Assembly (NCBI RefSeq): GCF_964188315.1
Contig: NC_135668.1
Location: 55,056,001 to 55,120,000, forward strand
Origin: Podarcis muralis
Taxonomy: Eukaryota
Length of the DNA: 64,000 nucleotides
Direction: 5' to 3'
Below the pieces are notes generated by a model that made no database searches, was not told the DNA's origin, and saw only the letters and a program-made list of their open reading frames with translations. Of the stretch, positions 23,100 through 36,043 are shown piece after piece. Positions within the stretch are counted from its first letter, which is position 1. Each line of letters starts with the position of its first letter. A program made the translations under genes and the position numbers.

Positions 23100-24431
23100 C
23101 TCCAAGTGCTTCTGGGAGATCATTTTCCTGGGGGCAAAGTTTTGGAACTCCTAAAATACCCTTTCAGAGAGAGAGAGAGAGAGAGAGAGGTTTATGACTT
23201 GTTCCTCTGTATCGCTATGGCATTCCTCCGCCTGAACTCCAGATGACATCCGTGGCCTTGGAGGTCTTCTGGATACAAAAGGTCCCAGAACTTTCCCCTC
23301 CTAGATAAGAGATGGGGAACTTTGTAGGCCAGCAAGTAGCCAGCCCTAGTTTAAGCAAGTCCACCATTTGACACTACAGAGGTCAGACCCTGAGACTTAC
23401 GTTGTGGCTGTCGTGGGCAGGTGAGTTGCTGGAAGTTTGCACAGTTGTATTTAAGGGGTGGTGCTAACATCCAGGCGAGCTGCCGCAGTTCAGGCTGTGT
23501 TAGAAAGCAAATCACCAAATGGCACCTTAAACCTCAGTTACGGTCGCCACAACGGAATGCTTAGGCGCCATTCCCTGCCCCCCCTCCCGGCCGTCGGGGA
23601 TGATGATTTATACTGCTTTATATTTTAAAGAAAATATCTTAACATCAAATTAAACAATCCAGAATAAAACAAATTCAAGCTTCAATGAAAACATTTCAGA
23701 TCCTTCTCTATGTGACATTTTGCTTTCCCCATATTATTTACATACTTAATTTATATAGCTGCCCGTAGCAGAAGGGGCGTAGTGCTTAGAGTGTCGGACC
23801 AGGGCCTGGCAGATCAGGGTTCAAATTCCCACTCAGTCATGAAGCTCACTGTGTGACCTTGAAGTCAGTCACAGCCTTTTAGGGTCATTGTAGGGATCAA
23901 ACTGAAAAGGGGTATGTGAACCATGGACTCCTTGGAGAAAAAGATGAGATATAAAGGCAATAAATAAACTCTTCTGCTCCTCTGCTTAAGAAAGCTGGAG
24001 GGGCCAGCCGGATGGTGTTGCCAGCTTGGCACCCAGAGATCTCCACGTGTGCACGATTGGAACCTCACCAGTTGCAAAACATGCTTGGCACCTGGGGAAT
24101 TTCGAACACTGGTTGTCGGGGATGGGGGGTTGGGAAGATGGTAGCTTTGAAGTAACTTTGGCTGAGTTTGGTAACCATTCATTGTTTCTCTAGACGGCAA
24201 GGCCTACAGAGGTTTCTTCTTGTTCTGCAATGACAGAGTGTGTGTGTTCCTTGTTTATGACTTACAAGGGTGTGCAAGGGGGGGGATTATATGGGTCCAC
24301 CTGTGATGCTGAAACAGCGTCACAACACAAAGCACAGCCTGGAGCCATGTGGAAGGACGGATTCTCTGCCTCCCTTGCTGGCCCCTATGACAGAGTCACA
24401 CTGGAATGAAATGTGTGGGGTGGTAGTCCGC

Positions 24432-24523
24432 TAAGTTTTACTCGGAGTAATCCCTTTGAAATGAATGAACACCCTCCATACAGGTCCATTAATTTCAACC
24501 GGTCTGCACTTGAGTAAAACTTA
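24432..24523. repeat. Small palindromic element
   Basis: 12-bp perfect inverted repeat TAAGTTTTACTC / GAGTAAAACTTA. Confidence 0.4.
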
Positions 24524-25162
24524 ATTGACCATCACCCATGATGACCTCTGGCAACGTGATCCCGGATTCCCTGTTTTAAGGTCCCCAGTGTGCTTGGAGA
24601 TGGGAAGCAGTCCCAGGAACAGGGTCCTCTGGATGAATTGTGACCTGGGGGGGGGGCAGCTGTCAGTACCACCTTCATGAAAAACATTCCAGGTGGCTGC
24701 TCCTTAATAGCCCCTTTTGCACCCAGCCCTTGAATTGCACGTGAGGCGGTGAAGCCCTTGTCTGCCACGACAGAGCAATGCTGGTCTCTGAAATGACTGA
24801 CGGTCTGAAGGGTGTTCCAGGGGGGAGGGAGGCGAGGGGGCGGAGGGAAGCTTTGGGACCTGATGGGGCACCTGCTGATGCTGAGATGGGACGGTCAGGT
24901 GGGGATGCTTTGCCTAAACATCCTGTTTTTGTTCATGGCTGCAGGTGGTGGTGTGTTTTCTTTGCAAAGTACACCTGTGGTCCTTGTTTCTTAGGGGCTG
25001 CTTTCAGACTCCTAAGGAAACCCTGTTTCAGGGTCTGTGTGAAGAGAAACCTTCTCCTTCTGCTCCTCCTCCCCAGTTTCCAGAGCTAGCAAGAGAGGGC
25101 AGTCAGAACCACCCAGAGTGGCTGGGGAAACCCAGCCAGGTGGGCAGGGTATAAATAATAAA

Positions 25163-25197
<35 letters not shown>

Positions 25198-28067
25198 GCA
25201 GAGCCCACAGCCACCTGGTTTTCTTACTTCACTGGTTTAAAAGTTGCTGCTGCCCTGCGTAAGGGATCAATGGGATCGTCATCTTTGGGCCCCGATACTG
25301 GCAGTGGAAGTGACAAGCTTCAAGGCCGTTTTAACCCCAGTTCCCCCAAAATCACAGTCTCATTGGGTGTTTGTTTCGTGTTTGAAGTTGATGCACCTGA
25401 ATCAGTTTGGAGTTCCACTTCAGATTGCACCTTGGTGTGTTTCCAAGAGAGAAGAACTCTTTCAGCTTCAGGAAAGTGTTTGTCATGGCACATAATGTGA
25501 AAAAGCACATTCTCCTCCTCGCACAATTCCATGTGGGAGTTCCCGACCCAGGAAGGGTCTCGGCAGTTTTGCCAGCGCACTTGGGCGGCTGTTTTTCTCT
25601 CCCTTGGAGTCACCCAAATGAGCCCTCCTAGCTATACATTTGCACAATCCATCGAAGGCAGGTAGACTTTTTGACTGGATCAAAACACAATTTGCCACAC
25701 GTCCTCTGCGTTACAGGATCCATTTAAAAATCTTAACTGCCTCTTGGAACATAAGTCCCATTTCTGCATGAATATCTTGCCGATTTTGCTGTTTTATTTT
25801 TAACCATTTCCACCATGATGTCCTGCCTGCCTTTCCACAGTCGTGGAACGCAAGGCAGCACCTGAGTCCTTTCCAGGTGGCTCCCCCCGCCCCCCAGACC
25901 TGCCCGCCTTCAGCAGGGTAGCTGTGCCAGGTGCCTCCAGACCATAAAGCTCAAGTTGGAAATGCCCTTTGTGGGTGCAATAGGCACCTGCGGCACTTCC
26001 TACAAATAAAGGGAGCTCCAAGCACGCAGGCTTTTGCTAGCTGGGGACATTTATTTCTGCAGAGGGGCCTGCCTCCATCCCCTTTTCGACAGCTAATTGG
26101 ATTGGTGAGTGTGATCCGAACACACGTCCCGCCTTGCAGGCATCACGGCATCACCTGTTGCTGCTGCTCCTCAATTGTGCACCAAATGTTTGGGGTAAAA
26201 ATAGACCGCAGAATGGAAGGGTGAGGAATGGATGCGACTCTGTAAAAACGCTTTTCGGGGGACATTTTGCCCCTCTTGCACCGCATCCGAAGTAGCACAG
26301 GTGTTTTTAAAAAAACAACCCCAGAAGCTTTGCAGATGGGATTTGGCTGAAATGGAAAAAGTGGCTCCGAATCTGGCGGCCTGGGAGGGGGCGGGGGAGG
26401 CTCTTGTTGTTTAAATTGTTGAGATTCCTTCTGAGCTCTGCAAAGAGAGACGTTTCAGCCACCAGAGCTGAAAGCCCCCAACTTGCTCACGCTCAAGGCC
26501 GGCCTGTGCCACTAGCTGAAGCCAGGCTGGTATGCTGCTGGATGCAGACTGGGCCCCTGAGCCCACCTCGTTTGTGGCCTGCCCTGTGGATGGGCATCCT
26601 CGGACGACTCCTCTGTGCTTTTAATATGGAAACCCGCAGCTTGGGGACATGGGTCTGTTTCCGTTGGGTCGGGGCCTGTCTCCTTCCTTTGGTCTTCCGC
26701 CCAGGAGGGAACATGGCCACGGCCTGACCCTTCCACTCCCCCTTGGGTCTGTCCACCTCTCAGACTCTTGCCCAGATCCTGCGTCACACAGCCAGAACTG
26801 CCTGACAGAGAAGGCCTCTGCCCCTTTGCTCAGCCTCCTCTGCATGCCTTGTTTCCTTCCAGCCCCCTGCCACCTCCGGCCAGTCCTCCTGCTCCTCCCA
26901 GGCCCTGACTCTCCTCCTCCCCTTCCCCTCACCTGAAGCTCCTCTTCCTGGCATCTCAGCAGCCTAGCTTGCTCCATCTTTCCCTTCCATCGCCAGTGCT
27001 GAGCATTTCTACCAGTCCCTTAGGTCAGGCCTCCTGCTAGCATATTCTGGTGGAGTGTGTGCCCCCCCCATCCTGCTGCCCCTCTTGCTTTGGCCACTGC
27101 GGGCTGCTCTTGGCCCAGCTGGGTGTCCTGAGCCACGTGAAGGTGGCAAGGGCTGGCGTGGCCCTTTGCTTTTGCCCATGCTGGGACCTGGGTCCTGCTC
27201 CTTGGAGGTGAAGCTGGCCCCGGAGGCTGCCTGCACCCTGCGGGAACAATGGCTGGCGTTCCCGAAACAGGAGGCCTGCTTCCCTAGCCGAAGCCGCTCT
27301 TGTAAACAGGGCAGGAAGGGATCTGGAACAGTTTGCCCCCGTCTGTGTGCGGACGGTGGCGTTTCTTTCATTCCTTCCTTCTGCTCATAGTAATGCATTC
27401 CAGATGAAAAGCTCCCTGGAATTTCTGTTAATAAAGGGAAACGTTCATGGCTGCCTGCCCTGAGCTGGGCCTGCTGGATGCGGAGAGAGCCTGGGCCTTT
27501 CTGGGAAGGGCCACCTGGAGAAGCTCAGGGGCCGCTTCTTGCACAGCCAGCAAGGCAGGGACGCTGGTGCCTTTGGGGAGCGCTCCGCTGCCTTGGGTCG
27601 GAGGAAGCCTTGTGCTGCCACCTCCAAGGGCCCTAAACGTGGATCAGCCTGATCTCCAGATCCACACCCCAGGGGGGCAGTATGCGGGTGGGTGAAGGAC
27701 GCAGGTGCTTCTTCCAGAATCCCTTTCTGTTTGCCCCACACCTGGTCATGTTATTGTTGTTGTTGTGTATTAGATTTATATTCAGCCCTTTCTTACAAGA
27801 TCTCAGGGTGTGAGTCACAGGGTAAAAATGCAAGGCAAAAGCACAAGTAAATAGTTAAAGCAAAACAAGGAAAACACAATAATCCCCCAAGCATATTTAA
27901 AAGTCTGTAGAATATTAATCAGCCTTATGTGGTGTTTTAAACTGTGCTGTCCCTGATCATGGCTGGCTGGGTCTCCCTTTGGGCATTCCACGTCCACAGG
28001 GAAGCATTTTTTAACTCCAGCCTCAAGTGAAAAACCCCAGGTCTCCTTCCCACTTTCATTTATAGCA

Positions 28068-28417
28068 GGGATGCAGGTGGCGCTGTGGTCCAAACCACTG
28101 AGCCTCTTGGGCTTGCCGATCAGAAGGTTGGTGGTTCAAATCGGGGTGAGCTCCCAACCTAGCAGTTCGAAAGCACACCAGCACAAGTAGATAAATAGGT
28201 ACCTCTGTGGCGAGAAGGTAAACAGTGTTTTCATTCGCTCTGGCTTATATCACAGTGTCCTGTTGTGCCAGAAGCGGTTTAATCCTGCTGGCCACATGAC
28301 TCGGAAAGCTGTTTGCGGACAAACGCCGGCTCCCTTGGCCTGAAAGCGAGATGAGTGCCGCAACCCCAAAGTCGCCTTTGACTGGACTTAACCGTCCAGG
28401 GCTCCCTTACCTTTACC
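28068..28417 (+). mobile_element. Sauria SINE
   Basis: Full length, ACCTTTAC tail, 11-bp TSD CATTTATAGCA (28057-28067 and 28418-28428). Confidence 0.9.
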
Positions 28418-30118
28418 CATTTATAGCACCTGCAAGAGCCCAGCCCTGGGGGCGGGTGATACGGGGTCCTTGCTCTCTTTGGGAGACTTCTGCCCAGGAA
28501 GCCTTTGGGCAGATGGAAGACCCTCTCCAGAGGCACACGCGAAGCAGCCTTGGGTCCTCTCTGGTTGGCTGCCATCTTTTCTGGTTGACCACGGCTTTCC
28601 AAGGAGCTTTCCCCAGTGCTTTCCCCCACAGTTGTCAGGGAATGAATCGGGGCCTTCTGCCAGCAAGCCTGAGCTCAGCCCCTTCCGTGCCTTGGCTGCC
28701 TTCTTGGGAGCCCAGTTTTGTCTTCCTTGGTCCTTGACCCAGTGCAACGTGGTTGTGCCTTGTGGGGCTGGTGTTCTCCCTCTGCTGGCCGCTCAGTGCC
28801 ATCTAGTTTGGGAAATGGTGGAGGTCTGTGCTGGGGGGCTTTTGTACGTGTGACCAGACGCCTTTGGCACTTCCTAGTTGTGGGGCTGCTTCTCTGCAGG
28901 AGCTTCCAAGTCGCTTCTGTCCCCTTTGCAGTCCCCATTGGTGGGACCCAGAAGGTGCCAGAGGCAAATTGTACCACCCCGCCCCCCAATATGGACTATA
29001 TTGGGACCTTTACAAACAGTTACCAAGCATGAAGTGTTGCTTTCCAGGACAAAATACATGTACATGTATTATTGTCTTGTATACTGTTGTATGGGCAACA
29101 AAACCAACTTGGAAAATCTTCTACATTAAAGATTAAGCTGCCATCCTCAGGGTACACGTCAGTCTAAAGCCTTAAGATGATTTCTCCATAGCGGCTGCTG
29201 TGACTGAGATGGAAGGGAGATGGCTGTGCTGCTGTTCATCAAGGATATAAATTGAGACCGTGCAGAGTCAAGCCCACTTTTCTTTGTTATTCCTCTTATC
29301 ACCCTCCGGTGGTGAGTTAAGCGTCCTCTAAGTGCCATATTCCACTCACGTTGGCTCCATGTTTCTGTGGCGGCTCAGATATATAAGCCAATTGCCAAAT
29401 GGCACCTTAAACCTTGTTGCCACAACCAAATGTCAGAGGCTCCATTTCTCCCCAGTGGGGATTATTCTTCATCGCCATCGTTCATGTCTCCAGCGCTTTA
29501 TATTTTAAAGAAAAAATATCTCAAAGTGGTTTGCAACACATTAAAACCTCAGATAAAACCACCGAGAATAAATTTAATTCAGGCTTCCAGGAAAATATTT
29601 CCAATCCTTCTCTAAGGGACATATTGCTTTTCCGCTATTTATTTACCGACTTAATATATAGAGCAGCCCCATAGCAGAAGTACTTTAGGAAGGCAGTGGG
29701 GTGTAGTGGTGAGAGTGTCAGACAAAGACCTGGGAGATCAGAGTTTGAATCCGCACTCTGTCATGAAGCTCACTGGGTCAGTCACAGCCTCTTAGCTGAC
29801 CTCACAGGGTCGTTGCAGGGATCAGCTGGGTGGGGGGGGATGAACCATGGACTCCTTGGAGAAAAAGGTGGGAGACAAATGGAACAGATAAACACTTCTG
29901 CTGACCTGCTTAAGAAAGCTGGAGGGGCCAGCCAGGTGGGCATGTCTGTCACCAACCTGGCGCCCAGAGATCTCTGTGTGGTCGCAGTTGGCACCCGCGC
30001 CAGTTGTGAAATGCGCTTGGTGCCTGGGGAATTTTGAAGGCTGGATGGGCGGGGTCCTTGAGGGACTGGAGTCTGGAGGGTGACCGGGACCCCCTTCTCT
30101 CTTTCTGCTCCTTTGCAG

Positions 30119-30259
30119 GCATGGGCCTTGGAGAGAGCCAGTCAACCCTTACTACGTCAACACGGGCTACGCCTTGGCACCCGCCACCAGCGCCAACGAC
30201 AGCGAGCAGCACAGCATGTCCAGTGACGCCGACACCATGTCGCTGACAGACAGCAGCGT
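30119..30259 (+). CDS. AXIN1: AXIN1 coding exon 2
   Basis: [46 protein letters not shown], 141 nt. Confidence 0.96.
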
Positions 30260-32084
30260 GTGAGTACCCGCCCCGAGAGAGACAGCTGGGACTGGGCTGC
30301 CAGGACAAGGGGGCGGAGCAGAGGGGGCGTGGCCTGCACAGGAGTCCTCTCCAGGTGCGACTGGACTCCAAATCCCAGCAGCCCCAGCAGCCAGCTTGGC
30401 CCCATGGGAGCCAGGGAGGAGGAAGGGGGAGTTGAAGGCCAGCAACATCTGGAGGGCGCAGGGAGCCAGGGGGAGCCTGCTTATTGCTGCCTTGATTCAA
30501 TTCGGTTTACTGTATTTCTACACTGCCTTCCATTCCAGCGAATCCCAAAGTGGCTCACAAACAATAAACAGCAACAGCAGAACAGAGCACCGCAAGAACA
30601 GCCTGGAATATAATATGATTACATATAATACATGTAATAATTAACAAATAGTCAGTAAAACCTTTTCAGTTAACAAACCAGCAACTAAAAAATAAGCTAA
30701 GCATCACAGTTACAGCATAAGTCATGTTATATGATTAACAAGTCATCAGTAAAGCAGTTATAATCTGTAAAACAATATTAGCAAAATGGCAGCTTGCCTC
30801 GCCCTTCCCATTGCTGCAGGCAGGTAGGCCTGGCTCCCAGCAAGTGGCTGACGGGAGTCTTGTCCTCGTAGCCTGCCTCCCATTGCCTGCTCCAGCTGCT
30901 TCTGCAGACCCCCTGGGCTTTCCCAGCTGTGGGGCTAATAGCTCCACACACACACACACCCGCCCCCTGGCTTCTGGGAGAAGCTTCACGTTGCACTGTG
31001 GGCGAGGGCTCTCCATGCCAGGCCTCCTTCGTAGTGGTGGCCGGGTGTGACTTTCCCTGGCCCCGGAGGACTTGTGCGTTTGGAAAGCGTGCGCCTGCTT
31101 GTGGTCAGAGCCATTTGCGTTGCGCCGAGGGCAGAGACACGGCCGCCACCCTTGCAGCATCGCAAAGGTCTCTGCAGGCCTCGACCTTCTCTTCCTGCAG
31201 AAATTCATTTTTGAAACTCTGGATTTATTTAACCTGAGTAAATCCACGCAAGCCGTAACGAGAGCCAGCAGCAGCCCAGGGAAGGGTCTAATGAAGAACA
31301 AATGTTGGGTTTACAAGGGTTTTTTCTGTGCCGAAGGTCAGGAAACTGCCGTTGGAGCTGCAGTGGGGGATGAAGCCCCTTCCCCATTGCAGAGACGCTG
31401 GTCGAAGGCGGGTTGTGGTGCTCCCTTAAGAATGATCCCCACAGGCAGCCTATTTCTAAAAATAACACCTAATAAATCCTGAATATTTGCAGCAATTACA
31501 GCTCCATGCCTGAGGCACCCTACTCCTGGCATGCCTGCCACAGAGGACACATTTGCCAGCCTCTTCTTATAAATAAGGGGGGTGGAATATTTAGCCAGCT
31601 ACAGGTTGTCCTGGGCAGGTGGGCACCTGCGATGGAAGTGAGGGGGGGGAAAGAAGTCTGAGCCGTTGACCGCGGAGGCCGCTGTGGGCATGCAGTGGTG
31701 GCAGCCAGCCTGCGTCAGAGGAGGAAGCTGGCAGGACTTGACCGGGGGGTGGGGGCAAGATGCCTTCTTGTGAGATGCCTTGCAATGTGGCCCTCACACC
31801 CTTCCCTGTGGACCTTGCTATCCTGCTTCAAGGTGTGGGCCTGGAATCCAGGGAGGGCTTCCGGAATCAGCCTCTGCGGGGAAAGGCGGCGGCACCCGGT
31901 GTCAGGCGTGAACAGAGCATTTTTTCCTAGAAAAATAACTGCCAGTACTCACCATGAAGCCGTTACAGTATGTGCCACACTTTTTGACAACAACAAAAAG
32001 AGGTGACGGTGCTGCGTGGCCTTGAGTACCCACTGAAAAATCCTAGTGGTCTTGGGAACTCTTTCCAGGAGGTCTTGCCCCCAT

Positions 32085-32535
32085 TAATAATAATAATAAT
32101 AAATGTTATTTATACCCCACCCTCCCCGGCCAGAGTCGAGCTCAGGGGCTAACACCAGTAAAATTAAAATAAAAACATAATAGGAAAAAAACCCAATTTA
32201 AAATACAGGTTTAAATGCAATTTAAAATGCAGCCTCATTTTAAAAGTAGCCTATAGATCAAATCCATAAGGGGAGGGAAACATAAGGGTCAGACTGAGTC
32301 CAAACCAAAGGCTAGGCAGAACAGCTCTGTCTTGCAGGCCCTGCGGAAAGATGTCAAGTCCCGCAGGGCCCTGGTCTCTTGTGACAGAGCGTCCCACCAA
32401 GTCGGGGCCAGTACTGAAAAGGCCCTAGCCCTAGCTGAGACCAATCCAACCACCTTGCGACTTGGGACCTCCAAAGTGTTGTCATTTGTGGACCTTAAGG
32501 TCCTCCGCGGGGCATACCAGGAGAGGCGGTCCCAT
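32085..32535 (-). mobile_element. L2-type LINE 3' fragment
   Basis: Minus ORF end RAFSVLAPTWWDAL...FRRACKTELF plus (TTA)n tail; close copies at 37618 and 52850-53900. Confidence 0.75.
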
Positions 32536-32559
32536 GGGTGCCTGGATCCTAGGCCGCAT

Positions 32560-33000
32560 AGGGCTTTAAAGGTCAAAAAGGTGCCATTTAAAGGGTGCCA
32601 TTGAAGGAGTTCCCTTCGCTCTCCAAGGCTCCTTCCCCCGTGGCCCAAGCCTTTGTCTTCTTGCCTCTCGTGGCTCCACTGTTGTAATTTCTCTGCACAT
32701 TCTGGGAGACCAGCGGGGAGGGCAGCTGCTCACAGCAGGAGGGGAGGCTCCCTGTCTTCTTCCACAGCCTGCCTGCACTCTGCCTCTGAGTCTGCACTGC
32801 TCTCTTCCCACTCGCTAAGCCCTGTTGCCTCTTCTGCTTCCGACACCTGCCAGCAGTCTGCTCCCTCTTCTCCCTCTGACCACCCCTGGTCGCCCAGCCT
32901 ACTTGCCCTGGGGGGTTCCCCGGCTGCTACCTCCCCCTCTACTCTGCCTCCAGCCGGTCCATGACCCCTGGCCGTCTGCACTGTCCCCGCTGTACCCCTT
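32560..33000. mobile_element. Probable LTR-derived fragment (related segment at about 33680-33950)
   Basis: CT-rich dispersed repeat sharing ccctgttgcc...ggggttccccggctg with 33680-33950; family not assignable without a search. Confidence 0.4.
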
Positions 33001-33054
33001 TCCGCCTGGAGCTTGCCTTGCCCTGCGCAAACTCTCACTGTTTCCTCTTGCCAG

Positions 33055-33151
33055 AGACGGGATCCCGCCGTACCGACTCCGGAAGCAGCATCGCCGAGAG
33101 ATGCAGGAAAGTGCCAAAGCAAATGGACGTGTGCCACTACCTCACATTCCC
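33055..33151 (+). CDS. AXIN1: AXIN1 coding exon 3
   Basis: [32 protein letters not shown], 97 nt. Confidence 0.96.
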
Positions 33152-33372
33152 GTGAGTCACGCCAAGCCTCCTCCTGTCTTCCAGAGGGAGAGCATCCGCT
33201 CTGCTTATGGGATGAGGCCCAGCAGGGCCAGCCCCTGGGAAAGGCCTTTCTCCCTCTGCAGCTGCCAGTCAGAGTCGGGAGGGCTGGTGGACGGGGCCTT
33301 GTGCGCTGCATGGCTGGGGTGTGGGGTGTGGCCGGCCCTTTTGCCAACCAGGGCTGCGTGTCGTTCCCACAG

Positions 33373-33510
33373 CGTACTTACCGAATGCCAAAGGATATCC
33401 ACGTTGAACCACAGAAATTTGCTGCCGAGCTGATCAACCGCCTGGAGGAAGTCCTCAGGGACCGGGAGGCGGAGGCCAAGCTTGAGGAGCGCCTGAAGCG
33501 TGTCCGAGCG
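33373..33510 (+). CDS. AXIN1: AXIN1 coding exon 4 (GSK3-binding helix)
   Basis: [27 protein letters not shown]..., 138 nt. Confidence 0.96.
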
Positions 33511-34047
33511 GTCAGTAGGGGCGGCGGGGACAGCTGCGGCTTGCTTGGAGATCCCTGCCCCAGCCTCGCCTGGATGTTTCCCAAGCCGTATCAGATGGTG
33601 TCTGTGCACCTCTGTTCTGCTCTCCTCATTACTCTGCACGTTCTCAGAGACCGGGGGGAGCGGGGCTTGTCACAGGCGGAGAGGGAGACTCCCTGGAGTC
33701 TTCTGCAGTCCCTTGACCCCCCCCCCCTCTGCTTCAGCCTCTGAGTCTGAACTCCTCCCTATCACCTGCTCCCTAAACCCTGTTGCCCCTTCAGCATCCA
33801 GCACCTCCCAATCTTCTCCCTCTGACGTCTCCCTTGTGTCCCACCACCCTGGCTCTGAGCCATCCTCCTCTGGGGGTTCCCTTGGGGGTTCCCCGGCTGG
33901 CACCTCCCACCTCTCCTCTTTGTCCAGCTAGCCCCTGACATCTCCCCCCCCCCCCCGTCCAGCCCCCTCACTTACTCTTCCCGGCCGGTGTTCCCTAAGA
34001 CCTGTCTTCCCCCACCCTCCCTTGACCCGCCTTGTGTTTCCCAGCAG

Positions 34048-34580
34048 GAGGAGGAAGGCGAGGAAGCCGACATCTCCTTGGGGGCCCCCCTGGCGGGCCA
34101 CAAGCTCCCCCTGCCGCAGGCCTTGCCCCACTTGGCCCCCCGCTTTGCCGAGATGCAGCTCCGGGACGCCCACGAGGAGAACCCCGAGAGCATCCTGGAC
34201 GAGCACGTGCAGCGGGTCATGAAGACGCCGGGCTGCCAGTCCCCGGGCCCCGGGCGCCACTCGCCCAAGCCCCGCTCCCCCGAGGGCGGCCTGGCCGGCA
34301 AGCTGCACGGCTTCCTGGGGACGGTGCCCCTTGGGCACGGCAAGCACGGGGCCAAGGCGGCCCTCAAGGCGGACGCGGCCGGCCTCCACCACCACAAGCA
34401 CGTCTACCACCACCACCTGGTCCACCACCACGGGGCGCTCAAGCCCAAGGAGCCGCCCGAGGCGGAGGCCGGCCAGGGCGCGCCAGGACCCTTCGCCTGG
34501 AACGTGGACGCGCACAGCTACGCTGCCAAGTCGCGGGCCTATGGGGAGAGCCTGGGCCCCACGGAGCCCTCGGCTTATGG
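34048..34580 (+). CDS. AXIN1: AXIN1 coding exon 5 (beta-catenin-binding region, His-rich tract)
   Basis: EEEGEE...EENPESILDEHVQRVMKTPG...; tandem CAGCAG acceptor (34045 or 34048). Confidence 0.93.
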
Positions 34581-34961
34581 GTGAGTGGCGGCGGAGGGGG
34601 CCCATTGGGACGGGCGTTGGCCCCTGTGAGCCGCAGGTGGGCAGGGGCAGCCAGGCAGAAATGTTCAAGGGGGGAAGGGGGGGGGGAAGACTCCATGGAG
34701 CTTTCTTCCCGGCGAGGAGGATTTCTGGTGCAAGCCAGTGGCAGGATGGAGGGCTGGGGCTGGAAGAGGTCCAGTGTCTGTGGGGCAGCGAGGGAGGGCG
34801 TTCCAGCACACACAGAGAGCTCATGCTGACAAGCGCAGGGTTGGGGTCCCGATCCCCTGGGTTTCTGCTGCCTGCAGTGCAGCAGATCACCCCCCCCCCC
34901 AATCCCACTCTTGGGAGCAACGCATGACTGAGGCGGTTGCTTGCTTCCTCCTTCCTCACAG

Positions 34962-35138
34962 CGGGAAAGCCGGCCTGCTCTCCAAGAGGAGCGTCAAGAA
35001 AGCCGATTTGGGGAAGAGCGACGGCAGTGGCTATGACGCTCCAGGCTCCTCGGAGGACGTGGAGAAGAACCAGAAGATCATGCAGTGGATCATCGAAGGC
35101 GAGAAGGAGATCAGCAGGCACAAGAAGACAGGCCACGG
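34962..35138 (+). CDS. AXIN1: AXIN1 coding exon 6
   Basis: GKAGLLSK...EKNQKIMQWIIEGEKEISRHKK, 177 nt. Confidence 0.95.
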
Positions 35139-35247
35139 GTGAGAGGGGCAGGGGGAGCTGGCGGCCACGGGTGCGAAAGCTCCATTGCCGGAAAGCAAGG
35201 CTGCCTGGCTACAGGGGGCAGCCCAAGGGGGCTTGCCTCCTTAAGCG

Positions 35248-35431
35248 GCACCTTGTTTTAGAGGGGGAAAACAAGAGGGGGAAAATTCTCCCCCTCTCTG
35301 CGCAGCGCCTCCTGCCGCTTCGCGGAAGGGGTGCTGGGCAGAGAGGGGGAGATTTTTTCCCCCTTGTTCTCCCCCCTCTAAAACAAGGTGCGTCCTATTG
35401 TCCGGTGCATCCTATAGAGCGAAAAATACGG
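35248..35431. mobile_element. Tc1/mariner MITE remnant with internal hairpin
   Basis: About 60-bp inverted arms (35248-35391) and a right TIR gaaaaatacgg|TA like that of 53471-53723. Confidence 0.6.
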
Positions 35432-35797
35432 TATATATTATGTTTTGCTGCCCCCTCTTCCCCCCTCCAGGCCTTCAGAAGAAGATGCCCACCCCCTCAA
35501 CTTTCCAGTTCCTCGGGGAAGGGGCAGGAGGCAGAGGGCCCCTTATCTGTTGCTTTGCATTGATCTGTTGGGGGGGCAGTTCTTGTGGGGGGCACATAGG
35601 AGAGGGAGAGAACTGGCCAGACCTTTGACAGGTTTTTTTTCCAATTCCACAAGGAGGTGGACATTGGGCTCTCTCATTCCAATGGCAGCCTGCGTGATGC
35701 TAAAATTCAAGGGCCCCCCGCCTCTTTCACTCTCTTCTACAGCACTAGTTGTACTATCCCAAAACCTTTTCTGCTTTGTCTCCCCCCCCCCCCCCAG

Positions 35798-36043
35798 CTC
35801 TTCCGGGGCCAAGAAGCAGCTGCCCCATGAGTTGCCCCGGCCAGTCTCCGTGGAGCGCCCCATGGCCGTCCACCCGTGGGTCAGCGCCCAGCTGCGCAAC
35901 GTCGTCCAGCCTTCGCACCCCTTCATCCAGGACCCCACCATGCCCCCCAACCCGGCCCCCAACCCGCTGACGCAGCTGGAGGAAGCCCGGCGGCGCCTGG
36001 AGGAGGAGGAGAAGAGGACGGGGAAGCCGCCGGCCAAGCAGCG
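35798..36043 (+). CDS. AXIN1: AXIN1 coding exon 7
   Basis: [34 protein letters not shown], 246 nt. Confidence 0.96.

Noticed and set aside
33928-35136. 402-aa minus-strand ORF
   Set aside because: Antisense shadow of GC-rich AXIN1 exons and introns; no recognisable domain.
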